IMG/VR virus record: IMGVR_UViG_3300044622_000297
Source of the DNA: an uncultured virus (IMG/VR IMGVR_UViG_3300044622_000297)
Taxonomy: Duplodnaviria; Heunggongvirae; Uroviricota; Caudoviricetes
DNA: 64,000 nt
Direction: 5' to 3' (one strand)
Numbering within the stretch: position 1 is the first letter of the stretch; each line of letters begins with the position of its first letter. The position numbers and the translations under genes were made by a program. The notes under the pieces were generated by a model. It ran no database searches, was not told the DNA's origin, and saw only the letters and a list, made by a program, of their open reading frames with translations. Shown here in pieces: positions 55,914 to 64,000 of the stretch.

Positions 55914-56864
55914 TTAGCCAAATGTGGCACCGTTGTTACCAACGCAGAACCATTTTGAACCAACGTACCTTAAGGTACATGCCTCACCAACTGCGTCTAA
56001 CGTAATGGTACCAGAACCACCCCAGCCTGGGTTAGTAACCGTGATAACATACGCATCGGTCGGTCCCGAGTTTGCTAACATCATGAATTCGTGTAACTGG
56101 CCTTCCCTTGATCCTGCTGCAAATGTAGCAGTGCTTGGTCCTGCTGCCAATGAAATATGTGAGCTTGTAACTGCTACGTTACCAACACCTGGACTAGTTA
56201 ATGTCTGTGCTGGTCCGACCCATACGTTAGCGGTTAGACCAGATACATCAGTTTGTAGAGTCGTTACATCGGCCGCGATAGCAACTTCTTCTGGGCTCTG
56301 TACGCCTGTTGGACCAACTAGTAACTTAACTGTAACTGCTAATCCTGCGTTAGCCGAACTGAACTCAAACAGGTAGTTACCTGCCACTGGTGGAGTAAAG
56401 ACCTGTCCAGTAACTCCGGGAATCTGTCCTAAGCCAAAGACAACTTCAGCAGGGAAAGTTAGCGTTTCAGTGATAAGCATTCCTGTAAACAATACCTGAA
56501 TCGTCGAATACTGTCCAGAAGCTGGCCAATTAGCGTAAGATAGAGTTAAGTTTTCAGTTACTTCTTTAGTCTGATAATCACCGAGTGAATAGTCAATTGC
56601 TAGAGTAGCACCTGCACCGGTTGTGTAGTTGTGTACTTTTTCAGTTGCACCCCATAACTTAGGATTCTTTAGGGTCGTAGTAGCTAGGTTGTTTTCTGCT
56701 CCAATAGTAACTGCGCTACTTTGAAGAGCAGTAATCTCACTTTCAGCAACTTGCAGGTTAGACCTGATGTTAGTGAAGTTGTCACGGAATCCTTGGCTAT
56801 CGTTGTCCTGTCCGGCAATTGGATAGGCTACGTTGATATTTGCTGGGTAAATATTGCTTGCCAT
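55914..56864 (-). CDS. putative baseplate/tail structural protein
   Basis: YPIAGQDNDSQGFRDNF then coiled coil; tandem ATAAATA upstream. Confidence 0.6.
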   Translation of the reverse strand: MASNIYPANINVAYPIAGQDNDSQGFRDNFTNIRSNLQVAESEITALQSSAVTIGAENNLATTTLKNPKLWGATEKVHNYTTGAGATLAIDYSLGDYQTKEVTENLTLSYANWPASGQYSTIQVLFTGMLITETLTFPAEVVFGLGQIPGVTGQVFTPPVAGNYLFEFSSANAGLAVTVKLLVGPTGVQSPEEVAIAADVTTLQTDVSGLTANVWVGPAQTLTSPGVGNVAVTSSHISLAAGPSTATFAAGSREGQLHEFMMLANSGPTDAYVITVTNPGWGGSGTITLDAVGEACTLRYVGSKWFCVGNNGATFG

Positions 56865-56906
56865 GTAAAATGTCCTTATTAAGTGTATTACTTATTTATC
56901 TATTTA

Positions 56907-59900
56907 TCAGTTGTAGATATTAGTTTTCGGGAATTTCAAGTAAACATCCAACGATTCTGGCGGTAGGTACATATCCCTGTTATTGTAGAACCTAGTTCCA
57001 CCACAGTCGAATCTAGTAGTATCGCCTGCTATCTTGTTTTCAGTTGTTAGAATTGTATAAGTAGGTACTGTATTTCCTGGTTGCGTAATCGGGTTATAGT
57101 AAATCTTAGAGTTACCGTAGCTGCGACCACCTGTACCAACAAGAACGTGCTGATTAATCTCAACTTCTTTAACAAATACCAAGGTGACTAGTTTGTCTTC
57201 GTAGTTGTCGGCATCTCCTAGCACTATTTGCCATATTCCAGCTCTTTGATTTACTTCGTTGTTTAGTAGCTTGTCTAAGAACCCCGGAATTACCGTTGAT
57301 GGAGCATACGGTTCGCTGCCCCAAGGGTCAGAACCATACGGGGCAGATTCTAGGTTCCATCCATCGTTTGGACTATTGTACTCTCTCGGAGAGACAGATA
57401 AGTTAAATCCTGACGAATCGAAATTGTTAGTGTCATAGGCATCTTTAACGTATCCTGCAAAACCGTCGCTGTACTTTTCTTGTTTAGCAAAGACTACAAG
57501 TTGCCCGTCTTTAATATTAACTGAGCCGTCTAATCCTCCGGCAATTGTTATGTAATGGATTGTTCTACCGTTTACTTCGTCGAATGGTATAGTTACCGCA
57601 AAGTCTACATTACCAGCGTATGGGTTTTGTTCAGTGTTCGGCGGCAATCTATCAAACGTAGTTTCAGCCGAATCGATAAACTTCTTCTCGCCTATGTCAT
57701 AGAACTTACTTAACGTGTGATCAAGTTGGTACCTATCTGCGACGAAGTCGATGTTATTAAACGATATATTGTTTTGCTTTAACCTGTACGCAATTAATTT
57801 GCTTGCGCCCGGCACAGTATATGCAAGGATAACGCCTCGAGTAAATCCTAATACTCGGCTGTCTTCTTGAGGGTTAATCATCCACTGTGGTAGAGCACCT
57901 TTGTTATTGTACCCTACTGCTCCTACTTCTGTCTTCATATTATCTAGGCTGTTTGGGTGAACAACAGTAAATGGTGGAACATTGTACGGACTTTTAACTT
58001 CGGCAGTTCTATCTATGTAGGAAGCAACAGATTTACCGTTCTCTGTTAACTCGTCTAGTACTTCGACGTACACGATCTCATACTTAACGTTAAAATTAGC
58101 ATCTGTTGCAATTGCAGTTTTTATGTTCCCTAAGTTGACTTGCTTGTTGTAATGGTTATTTTCCATCTCGGCAATGTACGACGCTGCTAAGTTAGGTTCT
58201 AGCCCGGCAGCAAACAAGAATTTGATACTAGTTGCTTTTCCAAACCAAGGATCACCAGCTCGGTATATTAACTGATCTGGAAAAATATCAGTATCAGCTA
58301 CAGTCGATAAGAATGTCTCTCTCTGATCTCTGCTTGGTAGTGCTTTTAAGTAAATATTTTCGTAAGGATGAATGTTATAGTTCTTAACTCTGATAGTAAA
58401 CGTCTTATCGTCTGACACAGTTTCATTCGACACTACCGTTGGGTCTGTATCGTCAGACGCAGTAACAGTGAATGTGTAAACATTGTCAAAGAACAGAGTA
58501 TTCTTATCAAAGGTTGTTGTTCTACTATCCATTGAAAAATGGTCAAATGAAACTCTACCTACTAACAAACCGTTTGGTAATAGCGTTAGTCCTTGTGGCA
58601 ACTTGCTCTTTACAACTGGAGTGTAATCAATGACTGTCTGGTCAGCTTCGATCCCTACAGGATTTGGTGTGCCTTCTGCTATCCTGTAATTAAGTGTCTT
58701 TCCTTTTCTTGACACAGCAACAATGGATACTTCGCTTATGTCGCCGTTTGTTATTAATCCTAAGTCAGACGGAGTTGACCAATCAATCGTATTGTTTCTA
58801 TCGCCTAGTACAGTTAGCGTGAATGTTACATACTGGCTTCTCGCATCTTCTACGTCATTGACTTCAGTCCAACAGTATACCTGAAACGTATAAGTTTTAA
58901 CTTCCTCAGTTTGAGCGCCTAGCGATCCGGTTATCCAGCCTGTTGTTTCGTCGATTGTTACTCCAGGAGGTAATGTAAAGTCAATTTGGTCGAAAGCATC
59001 CTGGTCGAAAGCCGACGTTGGTATTCCTGGATGCTCTACAGTAGGCTCTTGGTCAAACCAAGCCGCATTTTCTGTCAGAATTCCCCAGTGTAACGTATCT
59101 CCGTCGAGGTCTCGTCCTTCAACCTTAAAGGCAAAGTTACTTAACTGACGTTGCTCTGGTAGTTCTTGCGGACGAGTAATAACATAAGGAGCGTGTTGTT
59201 CGTCGGTATCAACAGTAATAGTGTTATTGTCGATTGTTAGTTCAGTATTGTCAATTGACAAAGTGTCTTTAGCCTGTACAGTTAGTGTGTACCTAGACAG
59301 ATCAAACCTAGCTCCGTCAAAGACCTGGATCTCAAATCTGTACGTTCTAGTCTGCGGTCTTGCTGTAGGTTGATCCCACAGTGGTCCATCCCATAGCCCA
59401 TTGCCCCAACGTAAGATTGCTACTTCTTCGTCGAGGTAAACTGGTTCTAAGTACCCGAATAGTCTTCCTTCTTCAGTTAGTTCTACCCCAGGAGGTAGTT
59501 CTCCGTCGACTAGCTTCCATTCTAATCCGGCGACTGAGTTCTGGTCAGTTGCTTCTAGTTGTAGGTCGAAGAAGTATCCGTCGTACCAAGTGCCTAACGA
59601 CACATTCTTAGGAATAATTTGCGGAATAGAGATAGAATTTGTAACAATACTAAATGTTCTATCGTTAATCTGACCGCGCCCGTTTGTAATTCGAACTGTG
59701 AACGTCTGTAAGTATTCCTGTTGATCTACAGATGCTTCTTCAACTGACGCCACGCCTTGTATCAATCCAGTTCTAGTCAGTCCGAGGCCATCAGTTAAAT
59801 TACCGGCTATTACGGTGTAAGTGAGAGGCAACCCTTGTGTGTCATACGCGTCAAGTTGAAACTCGAAGTATTCTTCTTCAGCGATACTAGCAATTTGCCC

Positions 59901-59930
59901 CTTAGGAGTGATCCACTTAATTTCTGACAT
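56907..59930 (-). CDS. putative baseplate protein with Ig-like repeats
   Basis: repeated LPPG(V/L)TL...G.I.G..Y.F.V Ig-like motifs. Confidence 0.65.
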   Translation of the reverse strand: MSEIKWITPKGQIASIAEEEYFEFQLDAYDTQGLPLTYTVIAGNLTDGLGLTRTGLIQGVASVEEASVDQQEYLQTFTVRITNGRGQINDRTFSIVTNSISIPQIIPKNVSLGTWYDGYFFDLQLEATDQNSVAGLEWKLVDGELPPGVELTEEGRLFGYLEPVYLDEEVAILRWGNGLWDGPLWDQPTARPQTRTYRFEIQVFDGARFDLSRYTLTVQAKDTLSIDNTELTIDNNTITVDTDEQHAPYVITRPQELPEQRQLSNFAFKVEGRDLDGDTLHWGILTENAAWFDQEPTVEHPGIPTSAFDQDAFDQIDFTLPPGVTIDETTGWITGSLGAQTEEVKTYTFQVYCWTEVNDVEDARSQYVTFTLTVLGDRNNTIDWSTPSDLGLITNGDISEVSIVAVSRKGKTLNYRIAEGTPNPVGIEADQTVIDYTPVVKSKLPQGLTLLPNGLLVGRVSFDHFSMDSRTTTFDKNTLFFDNVYTFTVTASDDTDPTVVSNETVSDDKTFTIRVKNYNIHPYENIYLKALPSRDQRETFLSTVADTDIFPDQLIYRAGDPWFGKATSIKFLFAAGLEPNLAASYIAEMENNHYNKQVNLGNIKTAIATDANFNVKYEIVYVEVLDELTENGKSVASYIDRTAEVKSPYNVPPFTVVHPNSLDNMKTEVGAVGYNNKGALPQWMINPQEDSRVLGFTRGVILAYTVPGASKLIAYRLKQNNISFNNIDFVADRYQLDHTLSKFYDIGEKKFIDSAETTFDRLPPNTEQNPYAGNVDFAVTIPFDEVNGRTIHYITIAGGLDGSVNIKDGQLVVFAKQEKYSDGFAGYVKDAYDTNNFDSSGFNLSVSPREYNSPNDGWNLESAPYGSDPWGSEPYAPSTVIPGFLDKLLNNEVNQRAGIWQIVLGDADNYEDKLVTLVFVKEVEINQHVLVGTGGRSYGNSKIYYNPITQPGNTVPTYTILTTENKIAGDTTRFDCGGTRFYNNRDMYLPPESLDVYLKFPKTNIYN

Positions 59931-62542
59931 TAGAGTATAACTGCGTTAATAACCTTCGTGCCTACAGCCAGGTTTTCTTCTAACGACTTAGCAAAAATGG
60001 CCACCCCGTAAGATGCTTCCCTACCTACGCTTTCGGCGTGCCCCGACATCGAGCTAGTCACTAATAAGTCTCCTTTCTTAACAGGGCCATATACTTTAAC
60101 AGGCACCTTTCCGCGCAAAGCTACAGCCACTGAATTGGGTGCGTCTTTGTTCATCAAGTAAGCAGGATCAGTTGAAACAGCCCCGGCGACTGAGATATCG
60201 GCTTTGTAACTAGTAACTGTTACCTCTTTAGAACCGCCAAATATTAGAACTGTGCCTGGTTCATACTGTTGGTCCGATTCGTATTTTTCTGCTAAGTCAG
60301 CGTACTGCGCACTAGTAGCGATAACTGTTAGCACCCCGGTGCTAGGCACAAACGACATCTTAGAACTTGACACCTTCTGCCCCTGGTTACCGGACGCAGT
60401 TGATACCCAGGTTGGGTACACCGGTGTCGCTGTTGCTACATCATCAGTGATTGCTGTGTTTGTTGCGTTCGTTGCAGTAGTTGCGCTTGTTGCACTACCG
60501 GCAGTAGTTGCAGTATTAGCATTTCCGTACAGTGCGCCAGTGAAGATAAGAGAAGTTAAGTTTCCGGTGCTCGGGTTATAAGTAAACCCAGAATCTGTCC
60601 TAGGCTCTGTGTTTCCGGTTGTAACGTTGCCGAAGAATGGATAGTTAGTTGCATTTGTAGAGTTGTCGGCAATTGCTGTAACTTTAATCGCTACGTTAGC
60701 TAAGTCAACGAATCCACCCGCTGATGTAGTTTGGAATGTTCCGTCTGGGAATTTAAGTCCTTTACCAGTGGTTGATATTTGAACGTTACCAGTTGACACT
60801 GTAAGGGCAGCAGAAGTAAATGTTCCTGAGTTGTTTATTGTTGTTGAATAAACTGTACCGAATCGACCCGAGCTGGTACCAATATCGCCAGCAGCACTAG
60901 AAAGGAGTGTTCCACCGACCGTAACGTTGCCCGACACTAACGCCGAGGTTAATGTGCCAAGTGAAGTAATTGCTGGTTGCGCCGCAGTTAACACGTTACC
61001 AGTTATGTTTCCTGTTACATGCCCAACGAATCTGGTAGCTGTAATATTCCCCGACAACGGATTGTAAGTAAATCCTGTGTCGGTCCTTGGAGAAGCGTTT
61101 CCTGTTGCTATGTTTGAGAACAAAGGATAGTTTGTAGCATCTGTGCTGTCGTCAGCAGTTAACGCAACTGTTCCCGAAGCCCCTGTAATGTTTCCAGTGA
61201 TAGGTGCTGTAACTGTTAGTCCCGATAAGGTTCCGACTGATGTAATACTCGTCTGTGCGGCTCCTGTTACCGTTGCTGCTGATCCCGATATATTACCTGT
61301 GATAGTTGCGGTAACAGTTAATCCAGATAATGTTCCGACCGATGTAATATTTGGTTGCGCATTAGTTGTTAATGTTCCACCTAAGCTAGCTGCCGAGAAG
61401 CTTCCTGCTGTTAAGGTTCCAGTAACATCGCAGTTTCCAGTGGTAGCAATGTTTGCTGCATGTATGTTGCCACCTACACCTAGTCCACTGACACCAGAAA
61501 GTATTACTGTTCCTGTTGATGTGCTGGTACTAGCTGTATTAGCGTTAAATGTCGTGGCGTTTGGAACTGCGCCGCCAGTAAAGTTAGCATCAACAGTTGA
61601 AACTTGAACACCATTTATCCGCAGCGTTGTTCCTGCTGGACCAGTAATATTAATGTTACCAGTAGAAACATCCACGTTGCCACCAGTAACTTGTAGGTTA
61701 GCAAGAGTGCCAAGGCTTGTGATGTTAGCTTGTCGAGCAGTAACTAAGTTACCTGTCATGCTTACTATGTTAGATGTTGTTCCTGTAATCGCATTAAACG
61801 CACTAGTCCCAGTAGACGACACGTTAGCTTCTACTGTGTCAAATAATGCAGTACCTAAGGTACCTGAGAACTGCTCAACGTTGCCTCCGTCTTCTGGCAC
61901 CTGAGTTGCTCTTGGAATGAAGACTAGCTTCTGACTTGAATTGTCAAATCCGAAGAATCCTTTTCGCTCTTGCGAGTCGTACCAGTAAAACTCAATACCT
62001 CTATCGTTTCCGTCGTTACTTGAGAGCGATGCCCCCGGTGTGCTGCTTAGTTCAATCGTAGGATGCTGGATTATTAATTCAGATCGTGTAACAGAGGTGA
62101 CGTTTCCGTTGACTAGTAGGTTACCGGAGATCTCTACGTCTTTACTTACTGTTAGGTTACCTGTTATTCCTGTTGAATTACCACCAAAGATAGCGTCGCC
62201 ATAAGTTAGTGTCGTACCAGTTACAGTCAGGTTGCCTATTAATGCAGTAGTACTAGTAACGTTTCCAGTTAGTTTGCCAAGGATGTTTCCGTTGACTTGT
62301 AAGTTTCCTGTTACCGTTGTTGTAGTGGCAGTAAGCGAAGTAATGTTTGCTACGTTAGCATCAAGAGTCTCGGTGTTAAGAAGTTCAACGTTAGCTTCTG
62401 TAAACTCGGGAGTCTGTGATAAAAACTCGTGGATTGCGGTTACGTTGTTGTTCGTTATTACAAATGCCGCTCGTAAGCTGTCGCCTGTTCCGTCGTTTGG
62501 TGATAGACCTGTATTAACTAGTGAAGTAGAGAGTATTGTCAT
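59930..62542 (-). CDS. tail fibre/spike with probable C-terminal autoprocessing chaperone domain
   Basis: NDGTGDSLRAAF N-terminus; AQPNITSVGTL repeats; YADLAEKY..VALRGKVPVKV C-terminus. Confidence 0.7.
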   Translation of the reverse strand: MTILSTSLVNTGLSPNDGTGDSLRAAFVITNNNVTAIHEFLSQTPEFTEANVELLNTETLDANVANITSLTATTTTVTGNLQVNGNILGKLTGNVTSTTALIGNLTVTGTTLTYGDAIFGGNSTGITGNLTVSKDVEISGNLLVNGNVTSVTRSELIIQHPTIELSSTPGASLSSNDGNDRGIEFYWYDSQERKGFFGFDNSSQKLVFIPRATQVPEDGGNVEQFSGTLGTALFDTVEANVSSTGTSAFNAITGTTSNIVSMTGNLVTARQANITSLGTLANLQVTGGNVDVSTGNINITGPAGTTLRINGVQVSTVDANFTGGAVPNATTFNANTASTSTSTGTVILSGVSGLGVGGNIHAANIATTGNCDVTGTLTAGSFSAASLGGTLTTNAQPNITSVGTLSGLTVTATITGNISGSAATVTGAAQTSITSVGTLSGLTVTAPITGNITGASGTVALTADDSTDATNYPLFSNIATGNASPRTDTGFTYNPLSGNITATRFVGHVTGNITGNVLTAAQPAITSLGTLTSALVSGNVTVGGTLLSSAAGDIGTSSGRFGTVYSTTINNSGTFTSAALTVSTGNVQISTTGKGLKFPDGTFQTTSAGGFVDLANVAIKVTAIADNSTNATNYPFFGNVTTGNTEPRTDSGFTYNPSTGNLTSLIFTGALYGNANTATTAGSATSATTATNATNTAITDDVATATPVYPTWVSTASGNQGQKVSSSKMSFVPSTGVLTVIATSAQYADLAEKYESDQQYEPGTVLIFGGSKEVTVTSYKADISVAGAVSTDPAYLMNKDAPNSVAVALRGKVPVKVYGPVKKGDLLVTSSMSGHAESVGREASYGVAIFAKSLEENLAVGTKVINAVIL

Positions 62543-62573
62543 AGTACTACTATTTATACAAGATTGAATTATA

Positions 62574-62601
62574 AAAATAGCTGCGGTTAAGCAGCTATTT
62601 T
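62574..62601. terminator. bidirectional intrinsic terminator
   Basis: AAAATAGCTGC-N6-GCAGCTATTTT. Confidence 0.8.
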
Positions 62602-62614
62602 ACGTTAAAGCTAT

Positions 62615-63805
62615 TTACGGCCAGGTCGAAACTACGCTCAATGCAGTACGAGACCAAATGTCTGATATTCCGTCGGTCCAGGTTGCAGTACAGTAATAAA
62701 GATAGGATGCATCTATTGCAACATCTCCGATTGTGTTGCCAGTTTGTCCTTTTGACGTAGTAGGTGCAGTTGCTACAAATCCGTCCCCTATCAGCCCAGA
62801 GTAACCAGAGACACCAGAGTAACCTGAGGTGCTCGAATAACCTGAATAGCCGCTTGTTCCTTCTATACCACTAATTCCTGAGTACCCACTTGTTCCATCA
62901 ATTCCTGAATAGCCGCTTGTTCCGTCTATACCACTAATTCCTGAATAGCCGCTTGTTCCTGAATAACCAGAGATACCTGACGTACCGCTAGAGCCCGAGT
63001 ACCCAGAAGTTCCGCTGACCCCCGAATACCCACTCTTTCCGCTTGTTCCTGACGCGCCACCTAACCCTGAGTATCCAGAGATTCCGCTTGTTCCAGAGAT
63101 ACCCGAGTAACCGCTTCTGCCTGAGGTACCGCTCTCACCTGAGTAACCAGACGTACCACTTACTCCTGATTTCCCACTTGCGCCGCTAGACCCCGAATAT
63201 CCAGAAGTTCCGCTTGTTCCAGAGATGCCTGAGTAACCGCTTCTGCCTGAGGTACCGCTCTCACCGCTATAACCCGACCATCCGCTCTTTCCTGAGGTAC
63301 CACTAATTCCTGAGTAACCTGAGGTACTTTGTCCCGAGATTCCCGAGTAACCAGAAGAACCACTTAGTCCAGATATGCCGCTGTACCCTGAGGTACCAGA
63401 ATACCCGCTCTTACCAGACCATCCGCTAGTACCAGAAAGTCCTATCCCGCTATGTCCTGAATAACCCGATACTCCTGAGTAGCCGCTTGCGCCGTCTATG
63501 CCCGAGTATCCGCTTGTACCGTCTATACCTGAATAACCACTAAGCCCGCCTGGTTGCCCGCTAACTCCTGAGTATCCACTCGGGCCTGCTACGTTGCTTG
63601 AGAACCCAGAATAGCCACTTAGACCACCAGCTTGTCCGCTAACTCCCGAAAATCCGCTAGGGCCGACTGCGCCACTATATCCGCTAGTCCCGCCGGCGGT
63701 GTATAGTTCAGTGAAGTTTTGGTTGATTTTGTCGAACGACGCCCGTAATGGATCGCCGCTGCCATCTGAAGGCACTGTGCCGATATTGATTGTTTGCTTT
63801 GCCAT
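62615..63805 (-). CDS. putative baseplate-anchored fibre with (Gly-X-Ser)n repeats
   Basis: KQTINIG..DGSGDPLRASFDKIN.NF.ELY gp9/gp10-like N-terminus; ~300 aa SGYSGTSG. Confidence 0.75.
   Translation of the reverse strand: MAKQTINIGTVPSDGSGDPLRASFDKINQNFTELYTAGGTSGYSGAVGPSGFSGVSGQAGGLSGYSGFSSNVAGPSGYSGVSGQPGGLSGYSGIDGTSGYSGIDGASGYSGVSGYSGHSGIGLSGTSGWSGKSGYSGTSGYSGISGLSGSSGYSGISGQSTSGYSGISGTSGKSGWSGYSGESGTSGRSGYSGISGTSGTSGYSGSSGASGKSGVSGTSGYSGESGTSGRSGYSGISGTSGISGYSGLGGASGTSGKSGYSGVSGTSGYSGSSGTSGISGYSGTSGYSGISGIDGTSGYSGIDGTSGYSGISGIEGTSGYSGYSSTSGYSGVSGYSGLIGDGFVATAPTTSKGQTGNTIGDVAIDASYLYYCTATWTDGISDIWSRTALSVVSTWP
62795..63690 (-). repeat. degenerate 9-nt coding repeat (Ser-Gly-X)
   Basis: includes near-identical 58-nt copies at 63082-63139 and 63208-63265. 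Confidence 0.85.
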
Positions 63806-63860
63806 TCCTTAGATCCTGTTATCATGTATTTATCGGATCTAAGGAATTTATAACTTGCTA

Positions 63861-64000
63861 CTAATTACGGTATACGATTCTACCTTTAGTCAAGTCATAA
63901 GCTGACATCTCTACAGTGACGCGATCACCAAGCAAGATGTTGATAGTGTTAGTGCGCAGCTTACCGCCTAAGTAAGCGATAATCTTGGTGTTCAAATCGT
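63861..64000 (-). CDS. infA: translation initiation factor IF-1, 5' end outside window
   Basis: Manual translation: ..[40 protein letters not shown]. Confidence 0.9.
   Translation of the reverse strand, partial: DLNTKIIAYLGGKLRTNTINILLGDRVTVEMSAYDLTKGRIVYRN

Noticed and set aside
62795..63690. CRISPR array or DGR repeat
   Set aside because: In-frame degenerate coding repeat with no spacers; no cas or reverse transcriptase gene in the window.
1..64000. Genome-wide TAG recoding suggested by the CUA tRNA-like element
   Set aside because: Long genes are intact in the standard code, and infA, phoH and the DsbA-like gene end in TAG at plausible family C-termini.

Overview
64 kb segment of a large, T4-like-transcribed tailed phage, probably a jumbo myovirus. 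A spanin pair implies a Gram-negative host. Most genes lie on the - strand. Left to right: (1) a 7-deazaguanine cluster (partial queE, queD, folE, second QueD-like gene, TGT/DpdA-like transglycosylase) interleaved with a PRTase, MazG-like protein, GT-B glycosyltransferase and Acb1-like 2H phosphoesterase; (2) putative sliding clamp, family B DNA polymerase and DsbA-like protein; (3) virion genes and probable protease-processed internal head proteins; (4) a sigma70-driven tRNA-like element with a CUA (amber) anticodon; (5) ClpA, DnaJ and a lysis module; (6) a TctA/TctC transporter with P-loop and methyltransferase genes; (7) PhoH, clamp loader, GroES, mini-DnaE, MazG; (8) baseplate/tail proteins, a (Gly-X-Ser)n protein and the 3' end of IF-1. 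Four homing-endonuclease-like genes are inserted antisense. Three of them (two GIY-YIG-like, one HNH) share a covarying two-hairpin leader behind a TAAATA late promoter, the most notable unexplained structure in the window. All calls come from motif recognition by eye; no searches were run.
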